Source: Eledone cirrhosa (lineage: Eukaryota). From it: a DNA stretch of 64,000 nucleotides. Shown here piece by piece: positions 13,782-26,009 of the stretch. Location of the stretch: the NCBI GenBank assembly GCA_964016885.1, contig OZ024742.1:137330001-137394000 (forward strand), written 5' to 3'. The position numbers and the translations under genes are program-made. Numbering within the stretch: the stretch's first letter is position 1; the number at the start of each line of letters is the position of its first letter. The notes beneath the pieces were generated by a model that ran no database searches, was not told the origin of the DNA, and worked only from the letters and a program-made list of their open reading frames with translations.

Positions 13782-14507
13782 TCCTGTATATATATATACT
13801 CCTGTATATATATATATATATATATATATGTGCGTGTGTGTGTGTTACTATGTGTGCATGCATAAGCAGAAAATGGCTGACTAAACACACACGTGGTTTG
13901 CCAAAAACATTCCTTTCCAGTTTTCTATTATTACTTTCCATCCATCTGTTTCTGTTTTGTATCGGCCAATTCTCTCTTCCAATGAAAGAGTAACGTCGGA
14001 AACGTTCAGACTATTTCCACACTATATCAAACGATAAACTAATATATATCATCATTCTACTCTATTGCTCAACTGTGTTGCTCACAATACGAAATAATAA
14101 AATATATGCAAACATAAGAGACTTCAACAAATGCAACATTATAACGGACAAACAAATGATAGAGAGGGATGAAATGACGTGAATATATATCTATTGGCAA
14201 ATACATTTTTTTTTTAAATATATTTCACACAGGTTGAAATATAAGAAAAAGAAGTTCAAAATGCAATTGTTTTCATGATTTTCAAAAGTTAAGAGATGGA
14301 GAGATTTGTGGGTTTGTCGATATCTACCTTGGATTTAATTGATGTCAGGATTTCCTTCAGTTACATACAACTTTACTATTTAGCCTTGAAACTGTGGGCA
14401 GCGCTTTATATATAAATATAAGTATTTTGTATATCTGGCGATATGTGGTATGTCAGAAAGTAAACATTTTGAAAGCCTTTCGCTATGAGTTTGCAAAATG
14501 ATGAGAT

Positions 14508-14522
14508 AGCGCCATCTAGCGG
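14508..14522 (-). promoter_or_regulatory. CTCF-like motif
   Basis: Minus strand CCGCTAGATGGCGCT closely matches the bilaterian CTCF core consensus; motif match only. Confidence 0.35.
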
Positions 14523-14836
14523 ATTCCGTGGTATCATGAATATATATATATATATATACCATATATTAACAAATGGAAACTATATTTATAAAACCATATT
14601 TATTTCATTATACATATTTCAAGGGCCACCAAGGCAGATTACGTTGCGCTTTCATCAGATAAAAAAAAACACAGATTAGTTTCATAAATAAATATTGACA
14701 TACTCGGAAAAAATGCAACCTTAACTGTTGGAGCCTCATGGATAGTGTATATTTACTCCAATAATTTGTTGAGTGCGTTATATCAATTATAAAAATATTT
14801 TAGCTTGTTGTATCCCAACAAATTAAATATGACCTT

Positions 14837-14888
<52 letters not shown>

Positions 14889-14892
<4 letters not shown>

Positions 14893-15081
14893 AACCAGTA
14901 AGACCCCGACAGCTGAGCTCAAGCCGTTTCGACGGCTAATTCTGAATTCAGAATTAGCCGTCGAAACGGCTTGAGCTCAGCTGTCGGGGTCTTACTGGTT
15001 CCTATTACCCACTCTACTACCTCAAGTATTGAGTAATTTGGTGCGTTATGGTCCACCTGGTTCCTTACCACATTTCCTTCG

Positions 15082-15084
<3 letters not shown>
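14889..15084. mobile_element. Family D palindromic element in (TA)n
   Basis: Near-identical to 5575-5763; centre aattctgaattcagaatt. Confidence 0.85.
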
Positions 15085-15114
<30 letters not shown>

Positions 15115-15961
15115 GCGTACCTTGGCGCCTTGTGCGTGAAGGGACGTATTTCATATATATATATATATATATATTAGGTATAGGATTATCCAAGATGTAG
15201 TAATGGTTAATTACTACACTGGATATGGTTGACGTACGGTAAGAGGTTACTCTACGAGTTATGGAAGAATTGTTGAAGAAACTTAGTTCCTGAACCTTCT
15301 GTATTCCGGAGTGTATATAAAGAATAAATAATAACAGGTAGAGATCATAAAAAGGTAATTTATTCCGTGTGCTTACAAATGTTTCCACGGTGGTACTACA
15401 GCCTAGTTATGCTATGTGCAAATTTACAGAACACAAATATCCAATGCTGTGACCACTGTATCCTCAGAGCAGAATGGTAAAATGTACAATGTAAATACCC
15501 TTAAGTGGGGTTGTTGAGGAAGATAGAGTAGAAAAGGAAGAGAGAAAAGTAGGAGAGAGGGAGAGAGAGAGAAAGATATGCAGGGGTTGGAGAAGTAGGA
15601 GAGAGTGGTTTGTAGATATCTTAATCAAAATGTTATGGTAGGGGTTTTATTATACTGGTTACTTTTGGAGAGATGCGTTGATAGTTAAGGTCGGAATTAT
15701 TTATTGCCCCAGAGGGCAGGTTCATAGAGGTGGAGAGGGAGGTAGGCCAAAGGCGAGAGAGAGAGTGGGTAATGGATGTAGAGAGAGAGGTAGAGAGGGG
15801 ACAGACGAAGTTTATGTGGTGAGTGAAATTTGGGTTTGTAGTAGTAATCTACGAATTGCACTGAGTTACCATTTATAGTAATAAGCGGTGTATTATCTTG
15901 TAGTGTGGGGGAAGAGAAGGTGGTTAGCTAGAAAGCGATGTTATAGTTACGGGTTCGAATG

Positions 15962-16670
15962 TTAAGTTATTTTATAGTGAGAGAATTTAGCTTTTAGTTT
16001 GTGGTTGCAGTATAATGATCGTTCAATTCTATCGTTAAGTAGTTTGTTTTTGGATTTTAATATGTAAAAGAGTTCAAAGTTACATAACCTGCAGTACTTC
16101 AATCCACTCCGATATGCACTTGCGCTGGAAAGTATATCCCATTTTAAGGTGAACTGTTGGTTGTGTTCACGGAGTTGCCAGGTCTTGTTGGCGAGCGTGG
16201 TCACAAAACGGTGATTAGGATGTTTGATTGAGAATCGATGGCGGTAGCAGCGAGTTTTTAACGAGGTGGTGGTAGATTCGATATAATACCATTTCTGGTC
16301 GTTCGATTCAACCGTGCATTGGTAAACAATGTTGGACTTTAGGCATTCATTCTTCAATGGACATCTTTCAGGTAGATGGCAGTTACATTCTTTGTTGTGG
16401 GTAGAGGGTATACCATGGATAGGTTGTGATAGCGGTACAGGTGGATTGTGTAATACCCGTCTCCCATTTAGTGGTTGGGAGGCAGATATTACGCTCTGCC
16501 CATCTGTTACTAAAATGTTTTGTTTTGTAGAGTTGTTTAATTGCCTTAAGTTAAGTTTTTTATGTATGCTTCGAGGTTTGGTGCCGTGGAGTATGATAGT
16601 CTAATAGTTTTAGAGTTCAGAATTTTGCTGTATTTATGGGAACTAGGGAAATGTTTGTTGATTAACTTAA
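15962..16670 (-). pseudogene. PLE thumb/linker and GIY-YIG endonuclease (frameshifted)
   Basis: LKLINKHFPSSHKYSKILNSKTIRLSYS; ECNCHLPERCPLKNECLKSNIVYQCTV...YYIEST...KTRCYRH...CRLCNFE...LLNDRIE...CNH. Confidence 0.8.
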
Positions 16671-16699
16671 GGGTATTTACATTGTACATTTTACCATTC

Positions 16700-16811
16700 T
16701 GCTCTGAGGATACAGTGGTCACAGCATTGGATATTTGAGTTCTGCAAATACTTGTAAATTTGCACATAGCATAACTAGGCTGTAGTACCACCGTGGAAAC
16801 ATTTGTAAGCA
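16700..16811 (+). ncRNA. Type I hammerhead with long stem II (family E)
   Basis: tgct CTGAGGA tacagtggtcacagc...gctgtagtaccaccgtg GAAAC attt GTA agca. Confidence 0.7.
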
Positions 16812-16858
16812 CACGGAATAAATTACCTTTTTATGATCTCTACCTGTTATTATTCATT

Positions 16859-16894
<36 letters not shown>

Positions 16895-18399
16895 CATGGT
16901 ATCGTATATATATATAAAGCTAGTCCATAGAATCATTAGATAAAATATATACAATATTTCTTCTCTCAATCAGAGTTGAAAGAGAAAGAGAACGAAAAGA
17001 TACTCTGACGCTTATAAATCAGGTCAAATTTGTTGATTATTTCCACTTAGCCACCAGTTGGGATTTGAAATGGAGGCATCCCCTAAATTTTCTGCTCTTT
17101 TAGTTAGAATAAATATGGTTAGGAGATAATAAACCATGTAATATCCTAAATTTCTCACACAGTGAGAGACGGCATTTCTTGGTACCGTTGTTTTAATGAC
17201 TGTATATTTCACATACCTCCCATTGTGGGATACTTTAATCCTCCAATTTCCAGACTGTTTTCGCCAGGGCTGTACATATATACACTTATATATATATATA
17301 TATGTGAGTGTATATATGTATATGTATAATTATATGTATTTGTATGAATTTCTTTCCTGGAATGTCAGCGTGTGGATGTACTTACAACATGTGTAAATAA
17401 TCTCCCGTTGCCTGGAAAACCTCCGAAAAAAATATACTAATTGAATGTGATGATTTGATAAACGACAAAACTATCAAGATTATTACCAATCTCACAGGTT
17501 TGAAGTTGATGTTGTTGAGGATGACATCAACGTTACATAAAAACTAAAGCCTAACCTAACCCTTATAATCGTTATTATTCTTATGACACACTATTCCTCA
17601 TCATCACCATATTCACCGTCATTCCCTTTCCAATCATCACTACCACCCCAATCTCCTCTACAACTACTACTATAATGACCACAACCACCACTCCCACCGG
17701 TAGGACCAGCACCAGCACCATCCCCCTCCTCACCACTATCAACTTCGCCGGACTTATTATCATCAGCAGCATCACCATTGCCCCAACAACATTGGCATCA
17801 TCATCATCATCATCATCATCTTATTCATTATCATCCTCATCTCCGGGCATCATTGTTTTTTTCTTTATCATAATCGGCCTCAACATCACCATCTGTTTCC
17901 AATTTGATATATAGAATATGAGAAAAATACGCACATATGGAAGCTTTTGTGAAAATGCTTCTTTTAGTCTTACATTCATGAACGCATTTATGTATGCATA
18001 TATTTATACATGTGCGTTTATGAAGTACGTTTGTATGAATGTAGATGTGTATGTATGTATTCATGTATATATGTATGCATGTATGTGTGTATTCATATAT
18101 ATATATATGTATGTATGTATGCATGTGTGTATTTATATATGATTCTATGTATTACAATTGACAGCATCCAGACAACAAAATCAACAAAAATGTTAAGCTC
18201 TTGTTATGCATTGCCAGGCGCCCGAGTAAACATAACTTTTGTCTTGCTGAAGTTAATTTTTAAACAAAAACCTTGCATGGTGAACAAAGAGATACATTAG
18301 AAACTGCATATCTGCTTCTGAATGCAAGGTCAAAGTCAGTAGCATAAAAGAGATCACCAACCATGGATACAACGGGGCAAATTAAATAGCTTCTCAGTA

Positions 18400-19150
18400 G
18401 TCCTATACCTAACACAAACTCCAACATCACAATTCTCACATTCCTTGGGAAGGACGAAAGAAAATTACATCGAAAACAAGGTAGTCGTCAAAACATCTCT
18501 CTGCTTTGCACCGCTATTTACATTTACTTGATCAGAATGGGAACCATATTATGATGAAGCTACTCCAACTTAACAAAATGAGGTGAAAATTTAATTTTCA
18601 AATGATAACACATAGTGTGTCCTTATTCAGAATATCGAATGTCATATATATTTTATGAATACCTGAGTAAGGCGTACGCCTTTCACAATACATTTCCTTT
18701 GGAGTTGACAAGCTGTACAACTGATATAGCTTTGCGTCAATGTGAAAACAGCATGGGTATAAAACCCTATATCATGCGTTGGGTTGGGTATATTGTTCGG
18801 CTTGTGGATGGAAGAATGCCAGAACAATTGTTGTATGGAGAGCTAAATATAGGGAAGAGACGTGCGTGTGAGCCAAAGATGAGATTTTGCGACAACATAA
18901 CATCTTGAAATAATGGGGGTTTTCATTAAACAACTGTAATAGTGTTTTATGAAGGAAATATATGTCTGAAAAAGGGAAAATTCTGGGAGAAAGATTATAG
19001 AGATAGAGCATGGAAAACTGAAAATGGCAACACGGAAAATGTGTGAAATTGAGATACCTAAGGCTAGCTTGTCCGAGGAAGAGCTGACGTGTCCAATATG
19101 TGGTCCAATTCTTCTGACCAATTCTTCTGCAAAGGACATTTAAAGATTCA
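18400..19150 (+). pseudogene. RTE-clade LINE 3' fragment
   Basis: MRWVGYIVRLVDGRMPEQLLYGELNIGKRRACEPKMRFCD; boundaries approximate. Confidence 0.7.
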
Positions 19151-19279
19151 TGGGGAGAGAAACGTAGTGGAATACACCGATGAGCAGGATAATGATTATA
19201 TAAATGAAGGTACCCAAATAAAATGTACGGAGCTTAAACGGCTATGCAAAAACAACAATATTAATAATGGGTTCTGCTT

Positions 19280-19465
19280 CAGGCACAAGGCCAACATTAT
19301 TTTTTGTTGGGGTGGGGGTGAGTCAATTAAATCGACCCCAGTCCGTGACTGGTTCTTAATTTTATTGACCTCGTAAGGATGAAAGCTAAAGCTAACCTCG
19401 GCAGGATTTGAACTGAGAATGTAAAAGAACGTAACTATAAGCTGCGAAACATGTTGCCTGGCGCT
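19280..19465 (-). mobile_element. tRNA-derived SINE (cephalopod-type)
   Basis: Minus strand gttcaaatcctgccgaggttagctttagctttcatccttacgaggtcaataaaattaag...ggccttgtgcct; same family recurs in the window. Confidence 0.75.
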
Positions 19466-19466
19466 C

Positions 19467-19509
<43 letters not shown>

Positions 19510-19754
19510 TCTTTATTAACCACAAGGGTTTACATAAAGTAGACATTAAGGACAGTACAGGACAATGCAGGACGGTACAAATGGGCATTTCTGCGTGTAA
19601 AAAACAAAAACAGAGGATGTAATAATAGAACAATGAAAACATTCCCCAATAGGGGAGAGACTTCCGAGGGACATTCGTGGAGAAAGCCCATTTAAAAGTC
19701 ACAGTGACCCTGACCACCAGGGCAAGTGCCCTCTCCCAGTTTTCCACCTTTAAT

Positions 19755-22700
19755 TTACAGACACATACTCGGAGTAGGCCCATTCACTCGGACCATTCTT
19801 GCCTCTCTCACGCATCTTTCAACAAAAAGCTGGGAAGAGAGCACCTCCCTTTCTACCCTGATTTTCCTTTTCAAATGAAATTTAAAAAAGTTAATCAGGG
19901 CATCACGGAAGAGGTAAGTGCTCGTCTTCAGCCCTTTCAAACATGTCCACCATACTATCTCTTTCGCCATGGCCACCAGACAGATGAAAACTGCCTGCCC
20001 TTCCTGGCTAAAGGAAGAGGGCGGGGCAATCCTCACGATGGACTCAGCAGATAGCTGGTGTTCGACATAAACCCACAAGTCAACAATGCTCGGACACTGG
20101 ACATTGGACATTGGACACTGGACGAGTGCGTGCAGGACGGTTTCGTCGCCCTGCGCGCATCTCGGACATACCCGGCAGACGGCACCTCCATGTCTGTAGA
20201 GTTTATCCCGAACTGGCAAAGCTCCTCGGTAGCACTGCCAGGCCAGGGATTTCTGGAAGTTGTCCATAGGCCTCGGCCCGAAAGTACTCCCGAAGAGATT
20301 GGCTAGTTGATTTTCGTCGACGCCTAGAGTTTCCCCAAGTTAGTCGTCGCTCTTCCCCTCCACTAAACCTCTATAGAACGCCAAGGTGGAGTTTCCACCG
20401 AACACATTGCCCGATTGGTCGAGGGCTGTGAGCTCCTGAAGACATTCCAGTCTCCAAGCGCTCCCTCTCGGTCTTCGCTTGACCCAGGACTGCAGCTCCG
20501 TCAAGGAGACGAGCTGGGGAAAGACGCGTCTAGCAAACGGCAACCACACCTGATCACTGTCGAGGAAGAGCTGGAGATGTCATTGCCTCAGCGCGTGTCT
20601 GCGCATCATCAGCCACGGCATTCCCAGCCCTCAACGTAGAGGGTGTTGACAGCAGATGGACCGCCTGACCATCGGAGCGCGTCCCTTCCACAAAAAGTGA
20701 AAGAGCAAATTCTCCAGCGCAGTCAGGCGGGGCTTAAGACAAGGTACGACAGTCAGGCGGTAGTAGATGACGGACGCGATATACGCGTTAGCCACCTCCG
20801 CTCGACCTTTCCGGGATAGCTTCTTCTCGGCCCATTTCTGGGTGAGAGAAACCACCCTGCTCGTCACCTCGTCCCAGTTTTTGTCCGTCTGGAGATCCGG
20901 ACTGAACCAGACCCCGATCAATTTAACCGTTCCGTCCGTCCAGCGCCCGACGACGCTGTTGGACGGCATGGACCTGCCTCTCCAGGTGCCGAGCTGCAGG
21001 CCCACTGACTTTTCCTGGTTGATCATTGCTCCTGTCACCGCTTCGTATTCTCTTAGTGTAGTGCCGATCGCCTCGATGTGTTTGGCGTTCGACACCACTA
21101 CGGTGATATCGTCCGCATATGCTGACACGGATCTTCCGCATCCTAGATGCCCCTCAACGTCTCCAGTTTGTGCAGTAATTGCTCGAGAGTCAATACGTAC
21201 AAGAGGGACGAGGGGGACATCCTTGTCGGACTGAGCGCATGATGTTGAACGATTACGAAAGGTGACCGTTCACTCTCACCACAGAGCAGATGTCGCTGTG
21301 AATGGCAGCGATCCAGCCTCTGAAGACGTGCCCAAAGCCAGCCACCATCAGGACTCCGCTAGGTAACGAGGTAACGATGGTCGACCCTATCGAAAGCTTT
21401 CGACTGATCTAAATTGATCAAGGACTCACCCGTGCCATGTTCCCTAGCTACCCTCTCTACGATGTATCGCATGAGGTGGAGGTTGTTGTGGATGGATCTG
21501 TCGGGAAGGGCGCATGTCTGCGCCTCTCCCACCAGACCACCAACGACAAGCGCGAACTTCTTTGCTAGCACCTTGGCCAAAATCTTGAACTCTGTGTTTA
21601 GCAAAGTTATGGGCCTAAAATTATCTATATTATCCCCATTGTTCGGATACTTTCTCAGCAGCGCTACAGCTCCTCGGCTCACAGAGCTGGGAATCCTCCC
21701 GTTCTGTGGCCAGTTGCAGTAGACGTCCGCCAAGAGGCCTCCGAACAAGACTGGCATCTGTACGTAAAGTTCATAGGGCAGACCATCCAAACCAGACGAT
21801 TTACCCCTTGTGCAGCCAGTCATTGCCTCCCGTACTTCAGCGGCTGTTATCGGCTTTTGGCAACACTCCGCCTCAGTGGCCGAGAGCCGCCGCAGTCCGT
21901 CGAGGTAGACACTAAAGTCCATCCCTCGATCCGGCCCGCCACTGCCCCCGAACAACTGAACGAAGTGTTGCTGAAAAGCTTCACACATTTGCCCGGGATC
22001 GAGTAGCATGCGCCCGTCGTGGTCCACCAAAGACCGGATCTTGGCTTTGTTACCACGACGAGCCTCCGCCACTCGGGCCCATTGAACGGCTTTCGTTCCC
22101 TCATGTCTGAGAGCACGCACCCTAGCTCTGACAACGCAGCCTTCGTGCTTTGCATTGAAGAATTGGTCAAGGGCCAATTTCGCCGCAAGTACGTCGGTCG
22201 CGATGCCTTTGCTAAGCGCCTCGTCTAATTTTCGAACTAATACGCCCTCTGCTCTATTCTTCTCTATTGCTAAAGCCTTACTAAGCCTAATGGACTCTAT
22301 TCTAATTGCTCTTTTCAGAGCAAACCACCACTTGTTGTTGACGATGGCCCCCATCAAAGCCCGCATCACTAGTTCGCTAATCCGGTCTCTGTAGGCCTTG
22401 CGCGCTGGTAAGGACGCGTTTAGCTTCGATTAGCCGGCCTCTCGTCTATGAAGCCTATCTAAGTCAAGCACACAGCTCACAAATTTGTGGTATGTGTAGC
22501 TGACTATCTTTAATTGTGGACAGCCTATGCTAGACCTTTCTATTTCCCTACAAAATACTCTATCAAGATATGATCTGGATGAAATATGCGATTTGTCCAA
22601 GTCCACATTGGTACATTCGGGAAATCCAATCGGTACCTGTCAGACAGTTCAAAATGCCTGAGCAGGTTGGTGAGGCTCTTGCACCCTCCTCCCCTATCCG

Positions 22701-23122
22701 CTAATCCCACACAGTCCCAGCGTGCATCTAAGATCCCGTTCCAGTCGCCCACTAACACTAAAGAGCGGGACGTTCCAAGAAAGGTCTCCAGACGCCATTA
22801 ACCTGAAAGCTTGTCCGTCTCCGCTGGTCACGTCCAGCACCACCAACTTACCTTCTGGGTTCAGGAAGATGGCCCGTATGGCGAGATCCAAACCTCTCCG
22901 AAAAAGCACAGCAACTCCTCCCCCCGATCCCAGACGGCTGGGAGATGCGTACACATCGTAGCCGCCGAAGACCGATGCGAAGGCCCGTGCTTCGGAGATT
23001 CTGGTCTCGCTGATGGCCACTACATCTATGTTTACTGACCTGAGGTCGTTGAGCAAGTGGCCCTGCTTCCATGACGACCACAAGCCACGCGCATTTATGC
23101 TGCCTATTCTGAGTGAGGTCAT
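19755..23122 (-). pseudogene. Tx1-like ORF2 (APE endonuclease, RT, zf-RVT), frameshifted
   Basis: IGSINARGL...AISET; LVGDWN; SGLDGLPYE...FRPITLLNTEFKILAK...LDQSKAFDRVDH; AYADD; CPRC...ETVLHALVQC. Confidence 0.9.
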
Positions 23123-23156
23123 GTTGAAATGGAGTGGAAAAGATAGGAAAGACCAC

Positions 23157-25193
23157 TTACCTTACTTCTCGTAGAGGAAGGATGGTTTGTCTATCCTTTT
23201 CACTGCTTGTGGCCTCCTCAGGAAGGATGTCCTTATAAATCCTCCTGGAGAGTGTTTGTCGGAAGTCTCCGATGTCTTTGGGGAATTTTTGTTTTAGTGA
23301 CGTGTACGTTTTCTGTGTGATGCGAGTGATTTGTATGTGTGGAGGTGGTGTGAACTTTTGGGTTGTTGTGTAGTCTTTTTCTGTGATGCTGGTGTTGTGT
23401 TGCACGTAGTGTAATAATTGTTTGTTGTTCAAATTTAATTGTTTCTACTTTAGGCACAAGGCCAGCAAATTACCCAGTGCATTACTGGTACTTTATTTTA
23501 TCGACCCCGTAAGGATGAAAGGCAAATGCTGTCTAGTGTGTATCGTTTTGGTTGTTTTGTTTTGTTTTGCGTTTGTTGTGGGTTTGTTTCTGTTACGCAT
23601 TTTGGTGACTTTTTTGGTGTTGGTGATATAGGTGTTGGGGTTAATGATGGTGATGGTGTTGGTGTTTGTGGTGATGGGGTTGGTGATGCTGGTGTGGATG
23701 GTGGCATATCTGTCCTAACTTTTTGGTTTGATAATTTATTTGTTTCCCTCTGTATTATGTTTTTGGCGGGGGAAGGAAGAGAATTTTTTCTTTTTTGATT
23801 TCTTTTTTTCTTTTTTCCTGATACCGTTTCCCACTCCTCGTCGTCACAATCTGTCTCCAGTTGCGATAAGCCGAGGAGTGGAAATTCCTTCACAGGCGTT
23901 GGTTTTGGTTGTGGCGTGGTGAATGTTGTAGCCGCTGGTGCTAGTTCTGGCGCGTTGGGTGGTGGTGGTGTTGGTTTTGCTACTGTTGCTGGGGTTGTTG
24001 GTATTCCTGTTGCTTCTGTTGTTGCTGTTACAGTTGCTTCTGTTGTTGCTGCTACAGTTGTTGCTGCCATCTCTACTGCTGGTGGTGTTGATGGTTGAGT
24101 CACTGAGGTGGGTAAGAGAGGTGGCCTCAACCTTTTAGCCTGAGGGCAGAAAGCCCTTAGGTGGGTTCCTTCAACACAAACGACACACCTAGGCCTTCTG
24201 CCCTCGACGATTACGATGAGGTGGCTGCCGTCAGTGAGGTCTATTACCTCTGGGATCTCCTCAATGCTTTTATGGTCCGCTTGGATTAGGAGCTCCATCC
24301 CAGATCCGGACCAGTTCTCCTGCTTTTCTTTCGCTATTTCGATTATCTTGGTGTTGGCCTCGATGCCGGCGAGGACGGCAGCCATTAGCCAGGGAATTTC
24401 GATGGCCGGTGGAACGTGGGTCACCCTGATCTTCACAAGTCTCTGGCCACAATAGCTTGGGACGTGTGTGAAGTCGTCACTTCTTAATGGGGCCATGGAG
24501 TGTTCTCTGGCCTCCTGTGGTGTTTCAAAGAACACGTCCACGGTTCCATATTTCTGCCCTCGTCTAATGTGGGGTTTTTTTGCCCACACATGTCCCAAAG
24601 CTTCTTGGATTTGAGACTCGGATGCCCGTTCCACTCGGCGCGATTTTATGTTAATTGTCCACGGTGCATAGGCGACGATGCTCCATTTTATTAGGTGGGG
24701 GTGAGGCTGACCCTGTACCCATCTTTCTTTACCATTTTTTGGCTTCTTCTAATTCCTCCTGAGTTACCTGAAATGCTTCGCACTGTTTTGCTACTCTGGC
24801 AAAATTCAGGGTGGTTTTCTTAATGTCATTGTTGCTGTTGTTGTTATCGTTATTTTTGTTATTATTAATTTTAGTTTCAGTTGTGGTGGTGGTGGCGTCA
24901 GTTGTGTTCGGTGTGGAAGAGTTCATTTTGGTTGAATTCATTTCGATATCACGAGTTACTTTATTTTTTTCTTGTGTTTCTGTTGTCGCTGTGGTGGTGG
25001 TGGTGGTGGTGGGGAGAGGGGCTTTAACACCTGCAGTCATTTGTAATGGCGGGAAATGAATGTCTGTCTGAGACAAATTAAAAATATTGCTACTGCTTAT
25101 ATTTTTAGTGTTGGCAAACCTATTAATATTTACAATGGTGGTCTCGGTGTGAGGTGTTAGTTTGTGAGGAAGGAGTGATTTTGAGTCGTCCAT
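23157..25193 (-). pseudogene. Tx1-like ORF1 (gag-like, CCHC zinc knuckle, Thr/Pro-rich), split
   Basis: ORFs 24729-25193, 23498-24634 (CVVCVEGTHLRAFC = CX2CX4HX4C; WETVSGKKKKR) and 23157-23432. Confidence 0.75.
23440..23526 (-). mobile_element. SINE 3' fragment nested in the Tx1 ORF1 region
   Basis: aggcacaaggccagcaaattacccagtgcattactggtactttattttatcgaccccgtaaggatgaaaggcaa, near-identical to 32294-32368. Confidence 0.8.
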
Positions 25194-25406
25194 GATTTTT
25201 CAAAGAAAAATGTTTGTTTGATAATAATAAAAGTTTAAATTTTGGGCTCAAGGCCCCAATTCATTGGGTGTACTTTTCAGATAACAATGTATGTGCACTT
25301 ATATACAGTTAAGAATAAAAATTTTCCATAAATGGCAATTTTAAACAACTGAAAATAACAAACCTTTGCGGAGCTCACGATCATACGATTTACTACGTAG
25401 GTTGCC

Positions 25407-25468
<62 letters not shown>

Positions 25469-25530
25469 CACCACCACTACCACGATGAAAACTCTGGTCA
25501 AATCGACTCAAATTTATACGCCAACTACAA

Positions 25531-25790
25531 CACCATCACTACAGTAATAAGACCACATCACCACCACCACTGCCTCAGTATCACTACTGCCGCTATTCTC
25601 TCCCACTACCTCCTGCTAGTTGCTGCTAGCACAGCACCACCACCACATTGTTGAATTCCTACTAAAAGAGGACACCATCACTACATTAATACGCCCACAT
25701 CACCACCACCACTGCCTCAGTATCGCTACCGCCGCTATTCTCTACCACTACCTCCTGCTAGTTGCTGCGAGCATAGCACCGCGACCACAT
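25531..25790 (+). repeat. Direct duplication, period about 142 bp
   Basis: caccatcactaca...ccactgcctcagtatc...ctacctcctgctagttgctgc occurs at 25531 and 25673. Confidence 0.75.
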
Positions 25791-26009
25791 CAAAAATCAA
25801 AATCAAAGCAGTACAGCAACAACAACAACAACAAAAAAACAAAAAAAAACGTAAAGAAAATAAGAATGAAGAGAGAAACAAACGGACGGACAGAGAAAGG
25901 AAGGGAAAATCTAAGTCAGACATTCGAACACTACATTACAATGAAACTTATGCTTATTCATTTTGGGGGGTTTTTCTGCCTGTTTGTTTGTTTGTTTATT
26001 TGTGTTCGT

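Larger units (their letters stand above)
15172..16862 (-). mobile_element. 5'-truncated PLE (family E parent, Naiad-like) with inverted pLTR
   Basis: Minus strand coding remnant, 3' UTR and HHR (15370-15471); inverted copy of the 3' region at 16665-16862 joined at palindromic cttaag; TA on both sides. Confidence 0.85.
19506..25406 (-). mobile_element. Near-full-length Tx1/L1-clade LINE flanked by (TAA)n on both sides
   Basis: ORF1 with CCHC knuckle, ORF2 with APE, RT and C-terminal zinc-binding region; (TAA)n at 19468-19505 and 25407-25467. Confidence 0.9.

Noticed and set aside
13960-14045. Hammerhead-like text (aatgaaagagtaacgtcggaaacgttcagac)
   Set aside because: Core is too degenerate and stems cannot be assigned
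15962-16420. Selenocysteine (UGA) recoding as reported for some Naiad PLEs
   Set aside because: The conserved Cys positions I could read are TGT/TGC, and I could not identify a SECIS
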